The notes under the pieces are model-generated. The model was not told the DNA's origin. It did no database searches and was given only the letters and a program-made list of their open reading frames with translations. Below, piece by piece: positions 12,501 through 24,500 of a DNA stretch of 64,000 bases. Numbering within the stretch: position 1 is the stretch's first letter; every line of letters begins with the position of its first letter. A program made the translations under genes and the position numbers. Source of the DNA: Ylistrum balloti (taxonomy: Eukaryota); the NCBI RefSeq assembly GCF_031769215.1, contig NW_026781876.1, positions 1,054,001 through 1,118,000 of the forward strand. Direction: 5' to 3'.

Positions 12501-15500
12501 TCAAATTATCCTTCTTATTCCTTGCTGCAAAGCATGCTTGCTGTGACTGGCTATTTTTTCCGAATGTGAGCAACTAAATCATTCTGTCCACTAATTCAGG
12601 TAAAGCAGCCATCAGCTGTACGTACTGGCCATGTCTGACTAACTGCTGATACAACAGCCACAGTCTGTACTAACACAGGTTGCAAACTGACAGTATTTGT
12701 AACTTTATCAGTCAAGGAAAGACAAATCAAAGCCATGCAGATTTTGAAATCCTCAACAGCCAGTTCTTGAAATCCTCAACATGCAGATCTTCTTGAAATC
12801 CTCAACATGCAGATCTTCTTGAAATCCTCAACATGCAGATCTTCTTGAAATCCTACACAGGAAGATCTTCCTGAAATCCAAGCCATCAAATTTGGAATGG
12901 CTGCATGCAAGATCCACTAGAATAATGGCAGAGTTTTTCTTCCAGTAAATAATTTCTTTTCTCGATTTTATTCTCAACAACATGCTTTTTTTCATATTCT
13001 GTCAGATGTCACAATACACATACAACAAAGTTCAACATGCACATTCTGAGAATCAAAGATTGCCGCACCTTGATCGTGATGAATCAAGTTCATCCTCTGA
13101 CACAAGACGGAGGTAGCCAGCCTCAGTGTCTGATACATAGGTGATCATCTGAACTGGGCCTTCTGATTGGATGTCATAGCTGTTGAATATTCAATCAATG
13201 TCTTAGACTTTAATCGCTATCATCAAATTATAATTTTGTTTGTAAGTCATCATAAACAAAAACAAAATTGTTTGATGAAAAGTAGATACCTTGGAATTTC
13301 TAGTAAACCAGAAATTATATACAAGATATTTTTCAATTGCAGCTTCATGTAATTTTTATTTTAATTTTGTCATTGGAAACCAAATGTTTCAAAATTCAAA
13401 TTGAATAGTTCCATGCAGAATCAAAAATTGTATTTACGCTCCAGGTACGCCAGGTGGAATTGGGAGAACATCCATCGGTGATGGCTCCTTAGCCCTGGGG
13501 GCCTGGACATGTCTCACTGGTGATGGACTCGGTGGCTGGACATGTCTCACTGGTGATGGACTCGGTGGCTGGACATGTCTCACTGGTGATGGAGTCGGTG
13601 GCTGGACATGTCTCACTGGTGATTGAGTCGGTGGTACCTCGTCACGTTTTACTGTCTCTGGGCGGAACATTGGTTCCTGTGCCACAGGCTTAGGTGAAGG
13701 TTTGTGTGGTGCCACTGGTTTGGGTGATGCCACATGTTTAATTGGAGCCTTGGGTGGCTTACCAACAGGTGGCAATGATTTCTCTGGAGTTTCAAATCTC
13801 CTCTTAGCATCAGCCACATTCTGAGGCAGTACAGTTTCCTCCTCTTCCATTGGTTCCTCTGCGGTTGGTGGTGCTGCCTCAGGTGTTGCCATGGGAACCA
13901 TGGGTGGATGTGCAGGTGTTATATGTGCCTTTGTTACAATCCTAACAGGAACAAGGCAAGTCGATATCAGATATAACGCCAGCAAAAGGATATACCAAAA
14001 TATTTAATTCCTTTCATTATTTTAGTCATCAACGTGAAAAGTAATTACTTTAATCATACATTTGAAAAATCAATGAAAAGCTGCAATAAATAAAAAGAGA
14101 GAAAAAAATCACATTTGAATTCTCTGCGGAAAACCATTGACACACAAACACTGATTGAGAAGGAAAGATGGGTCACGCCACACCAGATAAACGGTTCACT
14201 CACATGCATTATCAAGAGATAACTGAAATAATCAAACATTGATTCCTCTATCACAGAAAACCACAGTTTTATGTAGAGCCTAAGCCCTATAGAATTCTGA
14301 TCATATCAGTACTAACTTGCGACGTTTGATGACAGGAGAGGATTCTACTGATGTGGAGGCTGGTGTAGGGGGAGGAACCCGTGGAAATGGGCGGTTATAC
14401 GTCTGCTCACTGGGTTTCTGAGTATGAGGCTTCGCCGCGGGGCTACACAGAGTCACAGTCACAAGAAGTCAGACAAGTGTCATGAAAACCTTCTGAATAC
14501 TCTTTGGTAATCTTTATAAAATATTCTGGATTCTTTGTAATTTCTAAATTTACCTAAATTCGATGAATATCTTTCACCTACATCATGTTTTTCAGAATAA
14601 CAGTTTCAATATTTAAGCATGAAATGATTACATAACAGAAGAAAATAAATGAAGATATGAAAGGACTAAAATCTATATTGTATAATTGACCTTGACTTAA
14701 TGTTTTGCTGACCTTGACAAGGTCATCATTTTCTATACTAGTTTTTCGTATCTGTCGATAGCTTTAGAGTTCAGCAACTGTTGGTGGTTAATCAGATATA
14801 TCTGCTTACATCTATTTACATTCAAAATTATTTGCATATTAAGTCTTCATGCTGCTGCAGTGCATTTTGGGATAAACTACCAGGCCATATGTGTTATAGT
14901 ATCACTTAAGGCAATACATGTCGGATCCCTTGTTTCTAATCTGCTACTAATTCGGCAAAAAAGCCCATGCTTGGTGAACTAATGCTGATACATTGTCCTG
15001 TAATAAGCCCATAACAATCCTGGAGTAATGTGTTGACTTCAAGCTTTATTACTGGAGATAGATATTAGCCAAACCTTGATATCACAGTAGAAATCAAATG
15101 AAATTACTTTAAATTCAAAATCCCATCACTATTTTAAGTCTAAGCTGAGTTGCAGTAACTAATATAAATATGAACAAAATCAACATGTAGTTGGCTATTT
15201 TCATATTGGAAATTTCTCAAATCTCTTTGTAGCTAAGTACCTACAATATTTATAATTACTCGTCTTTAATGTTTGATGTAGTACTAAATTGGGGCAAAAT
15301 AAAACCACTGCAAAACATAATGTATTAACATATTAAGCTATGAAAAATTGAAGTTGTCTTTAAATTTTAAATTGAAGTTGTCTTTAAATTTTGAATTGAA
15401 GTTGTCTTTAAATTTTAAATTGAAGTTGTCTTTAAATTTTTAGGAATCAAGGTTTTTCTGTAAATGTCTAAGAGTGGAAGAATGCTTTCATGCGATTAAA

Positions 15501-18500
15501 AGGATGACATAGCTTACGGACATATATTATGGTACAAACACGACGAGGAATTCTACAGTGATCATTCCTATTAACCCATTATGCACTGTTGCCATAGCTA
15601 CATGTGCTACTTCTGTCTTAGTGTTATTAGACGATAAGATTTAAAACTACATTCATATTAGTCTGCATTACAGCAGCCATCTCATTCACAAATTCTATAC
15701 TATCATACGAATTTATTTGACAAACATCAACAACAATTTTGTTAACTATACTACCAGGAAGTGGAAACTCTTAAATCGGAATATTTCAACTTCCATAACA
15801 AAATTAATTTACAATAGTAATCTAATTCATTTGCATGATCTTTTGAAAAATGAGTTGATAATTGAAATCCAGATTTAGGAGTTGTAACCACACAGTAGAG
15901 AAGCAACATCCAATCTAAGTACAAATTAAGTGTTAACAAACAACTAGAAAAAGACCACACACTGATTTGCTTTAAAATTTACTTATTCATGTGTTCTAGT
16001 GCGATATATATAGAGATCATACAACATGGTTATAACCATTTGTAAATTAAACCAACCTATCCTCTTTAGGTGGGGTGGGAGTACCCTTAAGGCGTAACGT
16101 CCCGCTTTCCAGTTCGGAAGCATACGATATCTGTTGTACGGGGCCCTCCTTATGTATATCATACCAACTAAAAGCAAAGCAGGTACAACATCAATGGAAA
16201 GGATTCATACAAACGTGGAAAACACATTTACAGTTAGGACTAGCTAACCTTAAAATGGCTTTTGCACTTCAAACTTAAAGAGGCAAATATTCAAATATAT
16301 TCAATATGGAATGGAAAGAGGGTTAAAAAATATCACGCAAATTCTTCTTCACACCAACCTAGGGTCAAAAGATATGAGCCACTTTCTTTCCAAAGTCATC
16401 TACATGCAGGACTTAAATATTGAGATAAAAAAAAAGGACAATCCGTTCTTCCTCTTTAATAGGATTTTGATAAAGAAATGGAACTACGGTGGGAAATTTT
16501 ATGTAGTGATTTTATGAAAAGATATTACTGAAAAACCTTCGTGTAAAATTTCCACACAACAACACATCTAAGAGTTAGCATGCCATGCTGATATGAACCT
16601 TGATGCATCCTCCTCCTTAATTAGACGCATAAGAGCACTTCCTGCCTCCGTGCTGTACGAGATCTGTTGTACCAAGCCTTCTGATTGGATGTCATAGTGA
16701 CTGTGGGGAAATTGACATACTTGTTACATTATCTGATTCAAGCACTGTGACAGGCTTTCATAGTGTCTGCATAAAGCATTCTGACTAACTGTTTTAATCA
16801 AGGTATTTGTAATGGATGGTGAGGGGATCAGCAAGGTTATTCCCAAAAATATCAAAGCTGGAAAGCAAACAAGTTATATACATGATGAAATGAATGCACA
16901 ATTGAGCATAAAGCAGTACATTACAAAGAAAGCTAAGGTATGATAGCGTAGAAGCTATACATCAAAGTGAGAAAGAGATGTGTAAGTTTGTAAGCAGACA
17001 TATATATATATATATATATATAGCTGTATAGTATGTGACTATTATCTCTGACAATCATCCCTGTTGATGTTCCAGAACTTGTCCATGCTTTCCCTCGCCT
17101 TCATCTCTATTTTTAAACAGTACTTACGGTGGTGACTGCGATCCTGGCATCCTTGCAGGGGGAGCTTTGGCTTGTTCCTGTGGTGCTACTTTTGGCACCA
17201 CCTGTGACGGTTTGGTAGCCACATGTGGTGGTGAAGAGACTTTGGGTATCGTGAACTTCTTCATAGGTTCCGGTTTTGGCATCTCAGCTGTTGACAAACG
17301 AAACGTTAACTCAACAATAATTAAACTGCATAAAATACAAAATGAAAACCAATATTCAATTGAAACAAGTCCAGATTGGAATTTGTTAGAATGTTATTTA
17401 TAATAATAATGAGAACTCATTAAAATAAGTGTCGTAAATAATATCAATTGAACAGTTTGATAAAGATCACAATATACGCTGATATCTACTGGTAGAAAAT
17501 AGAAAATGTTAACCTCATTATGATTAATTCCAAAGTTGGTGTAATAACACACAAATTTGCTTCAGTTTTTCCAAGGAATAACAAATAAAAAGTTTATAAT
17601 AAATAAATAACATTTATCTAAATTTGGTTCAACCAGACACAATAATAATGCAAGATACTTATACTGAAAGAGTTCAATAAATCCATGAACAAGACAAAGC
17701 AATTTCTGAAGGGACGAAAAAGATAAAATGTTTATACAGATATTCAAAAGACAATTACCTGGTACGACAACCTTGGCCCGTGTTGTGGCACTTCCAGCCA
17801 CATTGACGGCCGAGCACTGGAACCATGCTGAGTCTGCTGGCTCACAGCGTTCTATATACAATGTAGATCTGTTACCCTCTATGTCAATCCTGCAACATCA
17901 CAAAAAAAAAATCAATTTTTTATCAAATAAGCTTAGATAATGCACTATAGTACAATACATCAGTATCTAAATGCAGCCACAAAATCCTGTAACCTTTGAC
18001 CTTAAAGACATTAGTGTCTTTGACTGAAAATCACATAACTCAACCAACAATATCTCGTGACCTTTGACCTTATAAATTGTTCGGCGTCTTGGACTGAAAT
18101 TTATATACCTATGTAATTCAACCGATCATATCTTGTGACCTTTGACCTGAATATTTACATCTTTTGCTAATGATGATACATTCTCTCGTTCGATTGCTAC
18201 ACACCTGTATGGGCTGCTAGGAATCAGCATTTTTCCATCTTTCTGCCAGCTGATCATAGGGGTAGGTGTACCTGTGACGTCACAAGTCAGTGTTATAGGC
18301 TCTCCAGCCTTGGCAGTAATATTCGGTATTCTGTTCTGGAATTTCGGTGGCTGAAGCATTTCTTTCTCTGTTAAAACATAATAAATGTATTACAACAGAG
18401 TAACACATTGTCATACATAGCACATTGTTTTTGTTACATCGCATTACATCAAGCCTTTTTACAACAAATAACAGTGACATAATGTCCTCCAATATACTGT

Positions 18501-21500
18501 GAATGTGGCTATTTTTAAAGAGCTCTTTCTATAGCTATTTTAGATAAAGAAATAAAATAGCGTTAATTAGATAGATTAAGATTATAAAGAAGAGATAAAA
18601 CTATTGCTTATTTTAGGACTTCGGGGAAAAAAATCCTACTTGCTATGATCTTTTGATAAATCCTTGAAAATTTTGATCATCAGAAATGAAAAAACAGAAA
18701 AAAAAAAACTTTTTTTTTTATATGTCAACATTGTATTGTAATGACATACTAGAACACTGTGAGACTACTTACCTAGAATAGAGACGATAACATTGAAAGA
18801 ATTTTCCCCAGCTTTGCTCTTAGCTACACACATATAAGTTCCAGCGTCGTAGCGGCTTGCAGACAGAATGATAAGTGAATTCACTCCATCTTCATTGACA
18901 ACCGTCTGTAATTCAAACCAAAATCATTCCAGTTAATGTAACAGTATGATTTCAAACAATTACCAAACATTTCCTCAACTGACAGATTAGAATATATTAA
19001 ACATGAATTACATTATAAATATGTAAAAATGACCTTCACCTTATGATTCATGTCGTTGCGGACAGGCTGTCCATCTCTGTACCAGGTGAGCTCAGGGGCT
19101 GGGCGGCCAGACACAACAGTGTCCAGTCTGACTGTTTGACCTTCCCTGGCCTGTAAACTCTCAGGAACCTTTTTGAAGGTTGGGCGTAACAGTGCCTCAA
19201 GGATTCCACTTTGGTCCTCAGGCTTCTGGGCTTTGGTCTTGTCCCTACAAAGGTTCAATGATATTCAATTACAATTACATAATCATGTTGAAAGTCTTCT
19301 TTTGATAACCATTTTAAAAATGTCATATGCACAAAAGCTCAAACCCTAACCTCACCTCTAAAGACCAGATAGAACACTTACTTGGTCATCTTTTCTAGTG
19401 TGGTTGGAGCCACAAAAGAGGTGGAGTCAATCTGACCAACACCGTCCACATACAGCATGCTAGAGCAGGTGGCCTTGCCTGCTGCATTGACAGCTAAGAT
19501 GGTGAAGTGACCAGCGTCCTCTGGCAAGGCAATTCGGATACGGAGTGTGCAGTATCCGTCTTTGGTATATTTCATCTCATATCTGTTTGATCGTTTGATC
19601 CGGTGGCCATTTTTGTACCATGCAATCTGCAGTTGAAAGGAGCAGTTGGATAAGAAACAGGCAGGAATGATCAGTTATAAATTTTTTTCAGGAACACTTA
19701 ATGATATTATTTCACTTTTCATTTTTTTCAAATGTGAGATTTTTCTACATTACATGGGTGGGTTTGTTACCAGACGTGGGATAAGTATGCCATCTATATA
19801 ATAACCAATCAAATTATCGATAAAAAGAGATTACCATTATTTAGGTTTTTTAAAACCTAGAAACTGACCTTTGGCCTCGGACGACCTGTGACCCTACATA
19901 CAAAGGTTGCATCTGAACCCTCAATGAGACGGAAGTCCTTAAGTTTCTGGATGATTGCTGGGCTAGCAGGTGGCGCCGGTGGTCCACGGTCATCCTGAAG
20001 TTCAGATTCATATTCTGAAGTTTCTGTCTCACTTGAAATCTTGATGTGTCCATCACGCATGTAATTCTCACTCATCAGTCGCTGCTCAAACCCAACAGAC
20101 TGGAAGTCCTGCAAATATTAAACATATATTAGATATAAGATATCAATTTAACAGAATCTTTGCAAGTAAAACAGACAGACGACAAACAGATTTAACAGAA
20201 TCATTTCAAATAATACAGACAGACAATTAACAAGGACTTTTCTACTTTACTCACTTGTACAGGCGGTTGTTTCTTTTTCTCTGGTTCCTTTGACTGTCTA
20301 TACTGGAGGTTACTCTCAAGTATTTTCTCAGCACGAGTGACCACAAACTCCTGGGGCTGACGCTGTGGAGCCTCCATACGTGCCCTCAGCTCTGTCATGG
20401 GTGGTTCCCATGTCTTCTGAGGAGCAGGCTGTGGTTTCTGGACCTGAACAGGTTCCCATGGTTTCCTGGTTACTGGTTCCTGGACAGGAACATACTTCTC
20501 CTTTGGCTCAGCTGAGACCGGCTGCCAGCTCTTCAGCGGAGCCACAGGGATTGATGGTATCGGAGGAGGCGGTGGTGAGGGAGCCCTCACTGTAAAACAC
20601 GATGCAAATATAGTTTAAGGCAATGAATTCAGAATCAAAAAGTCACAGAAATCTGTTTGGTTGACGAACAATTTTAAAAAATGAGGATAAAAACTTGCTG
20701 CTTATCTAGCAGTGAAATTCCTTGTTTGAATAAATAGTAAACAAAGACCCATCAATGGATTTAATAAATGTTTTCTGCATTCATCCAAGATTACATCCCA
20801 CAAAGGAGACCAATAATCAAAAATGAGTTACTCTCAATAGTCTGAATCTGGTCTTCAGATAAATGTTTTCTTTGTTTGTATAAAAATATTGACATATATA
20901 TATATTATCATTATCCTGTTGTTATTTGTACCAATAACAGTGAGCTGACCTTCAGCAGGCAACAGAGTGGCTGTAACAGTATCTTCTCCAGCCAAATTGA
21001 CCGCAGTACATGTGTACTCTCCAGCATCATCAGGACGACAGTGAGAAATCGTCAATGAACAACGACCACTTAAGGTGTCAACAGTCATTCTGTGTCTGAA
21101 AAAGAAAAAACCTTACAATTAGAATCTATCTAAATCACAGCAACTTCTGTATCGATTCTGAATTATCAATTTGTACATTGTCTATATATCATTCATAGGA
21201 AGATATTCTATATGAATTTGACTTTTGTAAAGCATCCGTCATACAGCTTAATCATTTACAGTTTTAACAACTCATGGAACACTTACCACGATTTTTCCTA
21301 GATGGAAGTTTCTTTGCAGTAAATTAACAACACCAAAACTGACAGGAATGCAACATGTTACATATTGAAAACAATTGGCATCTCACCTGTTATCAGTTCT
21401 CATGGGGAATCCCCTCTTTTTCCAGGTGATTTCTGGGAAGGGCACTCCAGTCACATGACATTCAAAGATGGTGTTGGTAGCCTCAACAAGGCGTGAATTT

Positions 21501-24500
21501 CCAGGTTTGTCTGTGAATTGTGGACGGATAGGGGTCACCATTGGTGCCTTTTCTTCACGCTTCGGTGCCTTCATCTGCTGAACTGGTTCTTCCCTGATTG
21601 GAACGTCTTTCTCTGGCGTTGCCGCTAATGAGTTTTTTGATAAAAGAAAACATTTAGGACATTAAAATCACTGTCACAACACTTCCAAACAGGCTAAATA
21701 CCTACAGAGTAAATTAGAATTTTATGAAACTTTTGAAGCCAATTCTTCTTCGGCATTTAAGATCTTAAATGTATTTCACCAACACAGAGAGCTTACATAA
21801 TCATAACATTTTGCTGTTTGAGTAAGACTTACTTAAAACTGCAATTCATACGGGCAATTTTGTCTCAGTAAATCTTCAAAGGAAAACATTAGACAAAATT
21901 TTAATTTCTGTTATCTCCAATATTCCTTTGATTATTAATAGTTTTGATCCTTTATGAGATAAATTTTAACTTTTACTTCCTACATGACAACTTATTTCAA
22001 AATAATCATTCTTACGTTTGACTTCGAGTCTGGCTTCAGATATGGCACATCCCTCAGCGTTAGTAGCCACACATTTGAAGACTCCCGAATCTTCAGGGAA
22101 TATCTCAGCGATGGTCAGTCTGGCAGTGTTGTTCTCCCATGTGATCTCATAATCAGGTGAACTTGAGATCACTATTGTTTCTCTGAACCATTTGATAATA
22201 GGTTCTGGATGAGCAGATATGCGACACTCAAACACGACCCGTTCTCCTTCACAAGCAGAAATATTCTTCAATGTCTGTAATACAAAATAACCAAGGTAAC
22301 ATAAAAACTACACATTATTTTTTTTCAAAATCACAGATTAGACCTACAATATTTGTTAATTCGATTCCTTTGTGCAGGTAAGAATTGATGTTAACAGTTA
22401 TGTTGTTAATATTTCTCACTAATATTAATCCTTAAGATCCATCAGAGAGAGAATTTCTTTTTGTCCTATATCTATTTATTATTTATATTTTGTCTCACAC
22501 ATTGTATGATAACTATGAGTATTACCCCATAGATAAAAGTATTATCCTGTCGACATAAGTGATTACCCAGTAAGTATAAGTTTATACCAAGGATATACAC
22601 CACAGAGTAAATGTGTAAGTAAAACACGTGCTATTCTATATTGTGTTTAACGGTATGGAATTGTTCAAGATAAACTGATCCAGCATACCTGCGTGAAGCT
22701 AGGTTTCTCCTTGGTTGTCACAAACACTGGAGGTTTAGATAATGGTAGTGGTGGAGGTACGTCCTCCTCTGGTGCAGGTTCTTTGAAAAGCGGAATGCGC
22801 TTCTCAAAGGGAGCAAACTGTGGCTTGCTCTCTACGGGTACCTCCACCTTTTCTGTGAACATTTTCGGTTTTGGTTCTGGCCTTTTAACAAACTGTGATG
22901 GGCGTTGCAGCTTTGGAACCTTTGCGCTTGGTTCCTCTGTGGGCTCGAAAGGCTTGGGGGCTTCTCTAGGTGGGGCCCTCATCTGGTCAAAAGTCTCCTT
23001 TACCCCTATTACAGGCTTGTGTACAGGGGCAGGGGTCTGATCCATTGGGGCTACAAGATACAGCACATCAAACTGACGTTAATCAAATATCTTCAAAAGG
23101 TTAGAAAATTTCTTGAACAATTAACTTCAAACTATTTACATTTTTGGTATTCGAACCAATATTTTCATACTTTAAATATACTTTATTTTGCTTTATTACA
23201 CAGTACATTTTTGATTGGATATAAGTATGACATTTATAATTTAAGATTTCACAATTTAGTATTCTTCCTCAGAAATACTTCATTCAAGGTAGAAATTATC
23301 CTCGATACTCCATGGGTTACAATCATTTATGCTCTCTGTACCCCTGGAACATATCATGGCAAAATTGAAGATTCCTTGTGTAAAACTTTGTGGACAAGAC
23401 AAAATGACCAGTTTGATCCTTTGAGGTATATAAATAAATCTTGAGGTCATATAATATTTATTGTAATGGAGTGTTGCAGATTTGTAATCTTCCAAAGGAG
23501 TATATCAGCCTGTGATAGGTCAGTTTCTTTTCTCTTGAAACCAATCAAATGGTTTCACTTATGCCTTCAATTTTAACATGACATGTTCCAACGATGCAGA
23601 GAGCAAAGGTGGTTGTAACTCCAGGAGTATCAATGACGGGCAAAAGTTGCCAACAACAGTATCTCTATATAAGGATGATACTGACCCAGAATCCTGAGTT
23701 CAGTTGTACACTGGGCGTGTCCAGCAGGATTTTCGGCAGTAACAGTAAAGTTTCCGCCATCCTCTTGAAACACCTCTGGAATGTACAGAGTGTGGAGGTC
23801 ACCCTCCGTGATGATCTCAAAGTCTGGGGAGCTCACCACCTGGGCGCCTTCACGGTACCAGGTTACAGTTGGGGGTGGCTGACCTGACACGCGCACTCTG
23901 AAACGCACGGCCTGGCCTTCACGGCATTCTGTGATCTTTAGCTTCTCCGTGAACATTGGAGGAATCATTGTAGCTAGGACAGAAAACAATAATATAGTTA
24001 TATCATCAGAGTCAAAGACTACTGATTCAAACCCATCTTTTTTCCTTTTTTCCTTCTCTCTCTCATTTATTTTTTTATTTTATTTTCTCATTTTAAAGTA
24101 TAAAGCTTCAAAGTAAAGCCTCAGTTTTAAAAATGCAGAAATTTACAACATTATCAAAGTTTCATTCCCTCAAACTTTATAAAGATTTTGTATGAACAAA
24201 ATTACATTTCATGCATTTGAATGATGGATAATTATTTCACAAACACATTTTCATCCTTGTTTATGATAATCTTTGTATTTAAAGTTTTAATGACGTTGGT
24301 CGACTTGTACCTCTCACTACGAGTTGTGAAGAGCTAGTAGCTTGACCTCCTTCATTGTCAGCCTGGCACTCAAAACGCCCGGCATCCTCCTCAAAAACTT
24401 CTGGAATGGTAAGTGAGACACGTCCGTCTCTGTAGCCAATCTCAAAGTCTGCTTTGTCCGTGAGTTGTTTCCCTTCACGGAACCACTTGATAGTTGGCTG

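Noticed and set aside
17045-17110. Protein-like MKARESMDKFWNINRDDCQR just after exon 45
   Set aside because: It would need an intron of about 19 nt, and the phase-2 frame reads to an early stop.
19034-19040. Tandem donor GTGAAG|GT adding VK to exon 41
   Set aside because: The proximal donor fits the Ig12 alignment; no evidence for alternative use.
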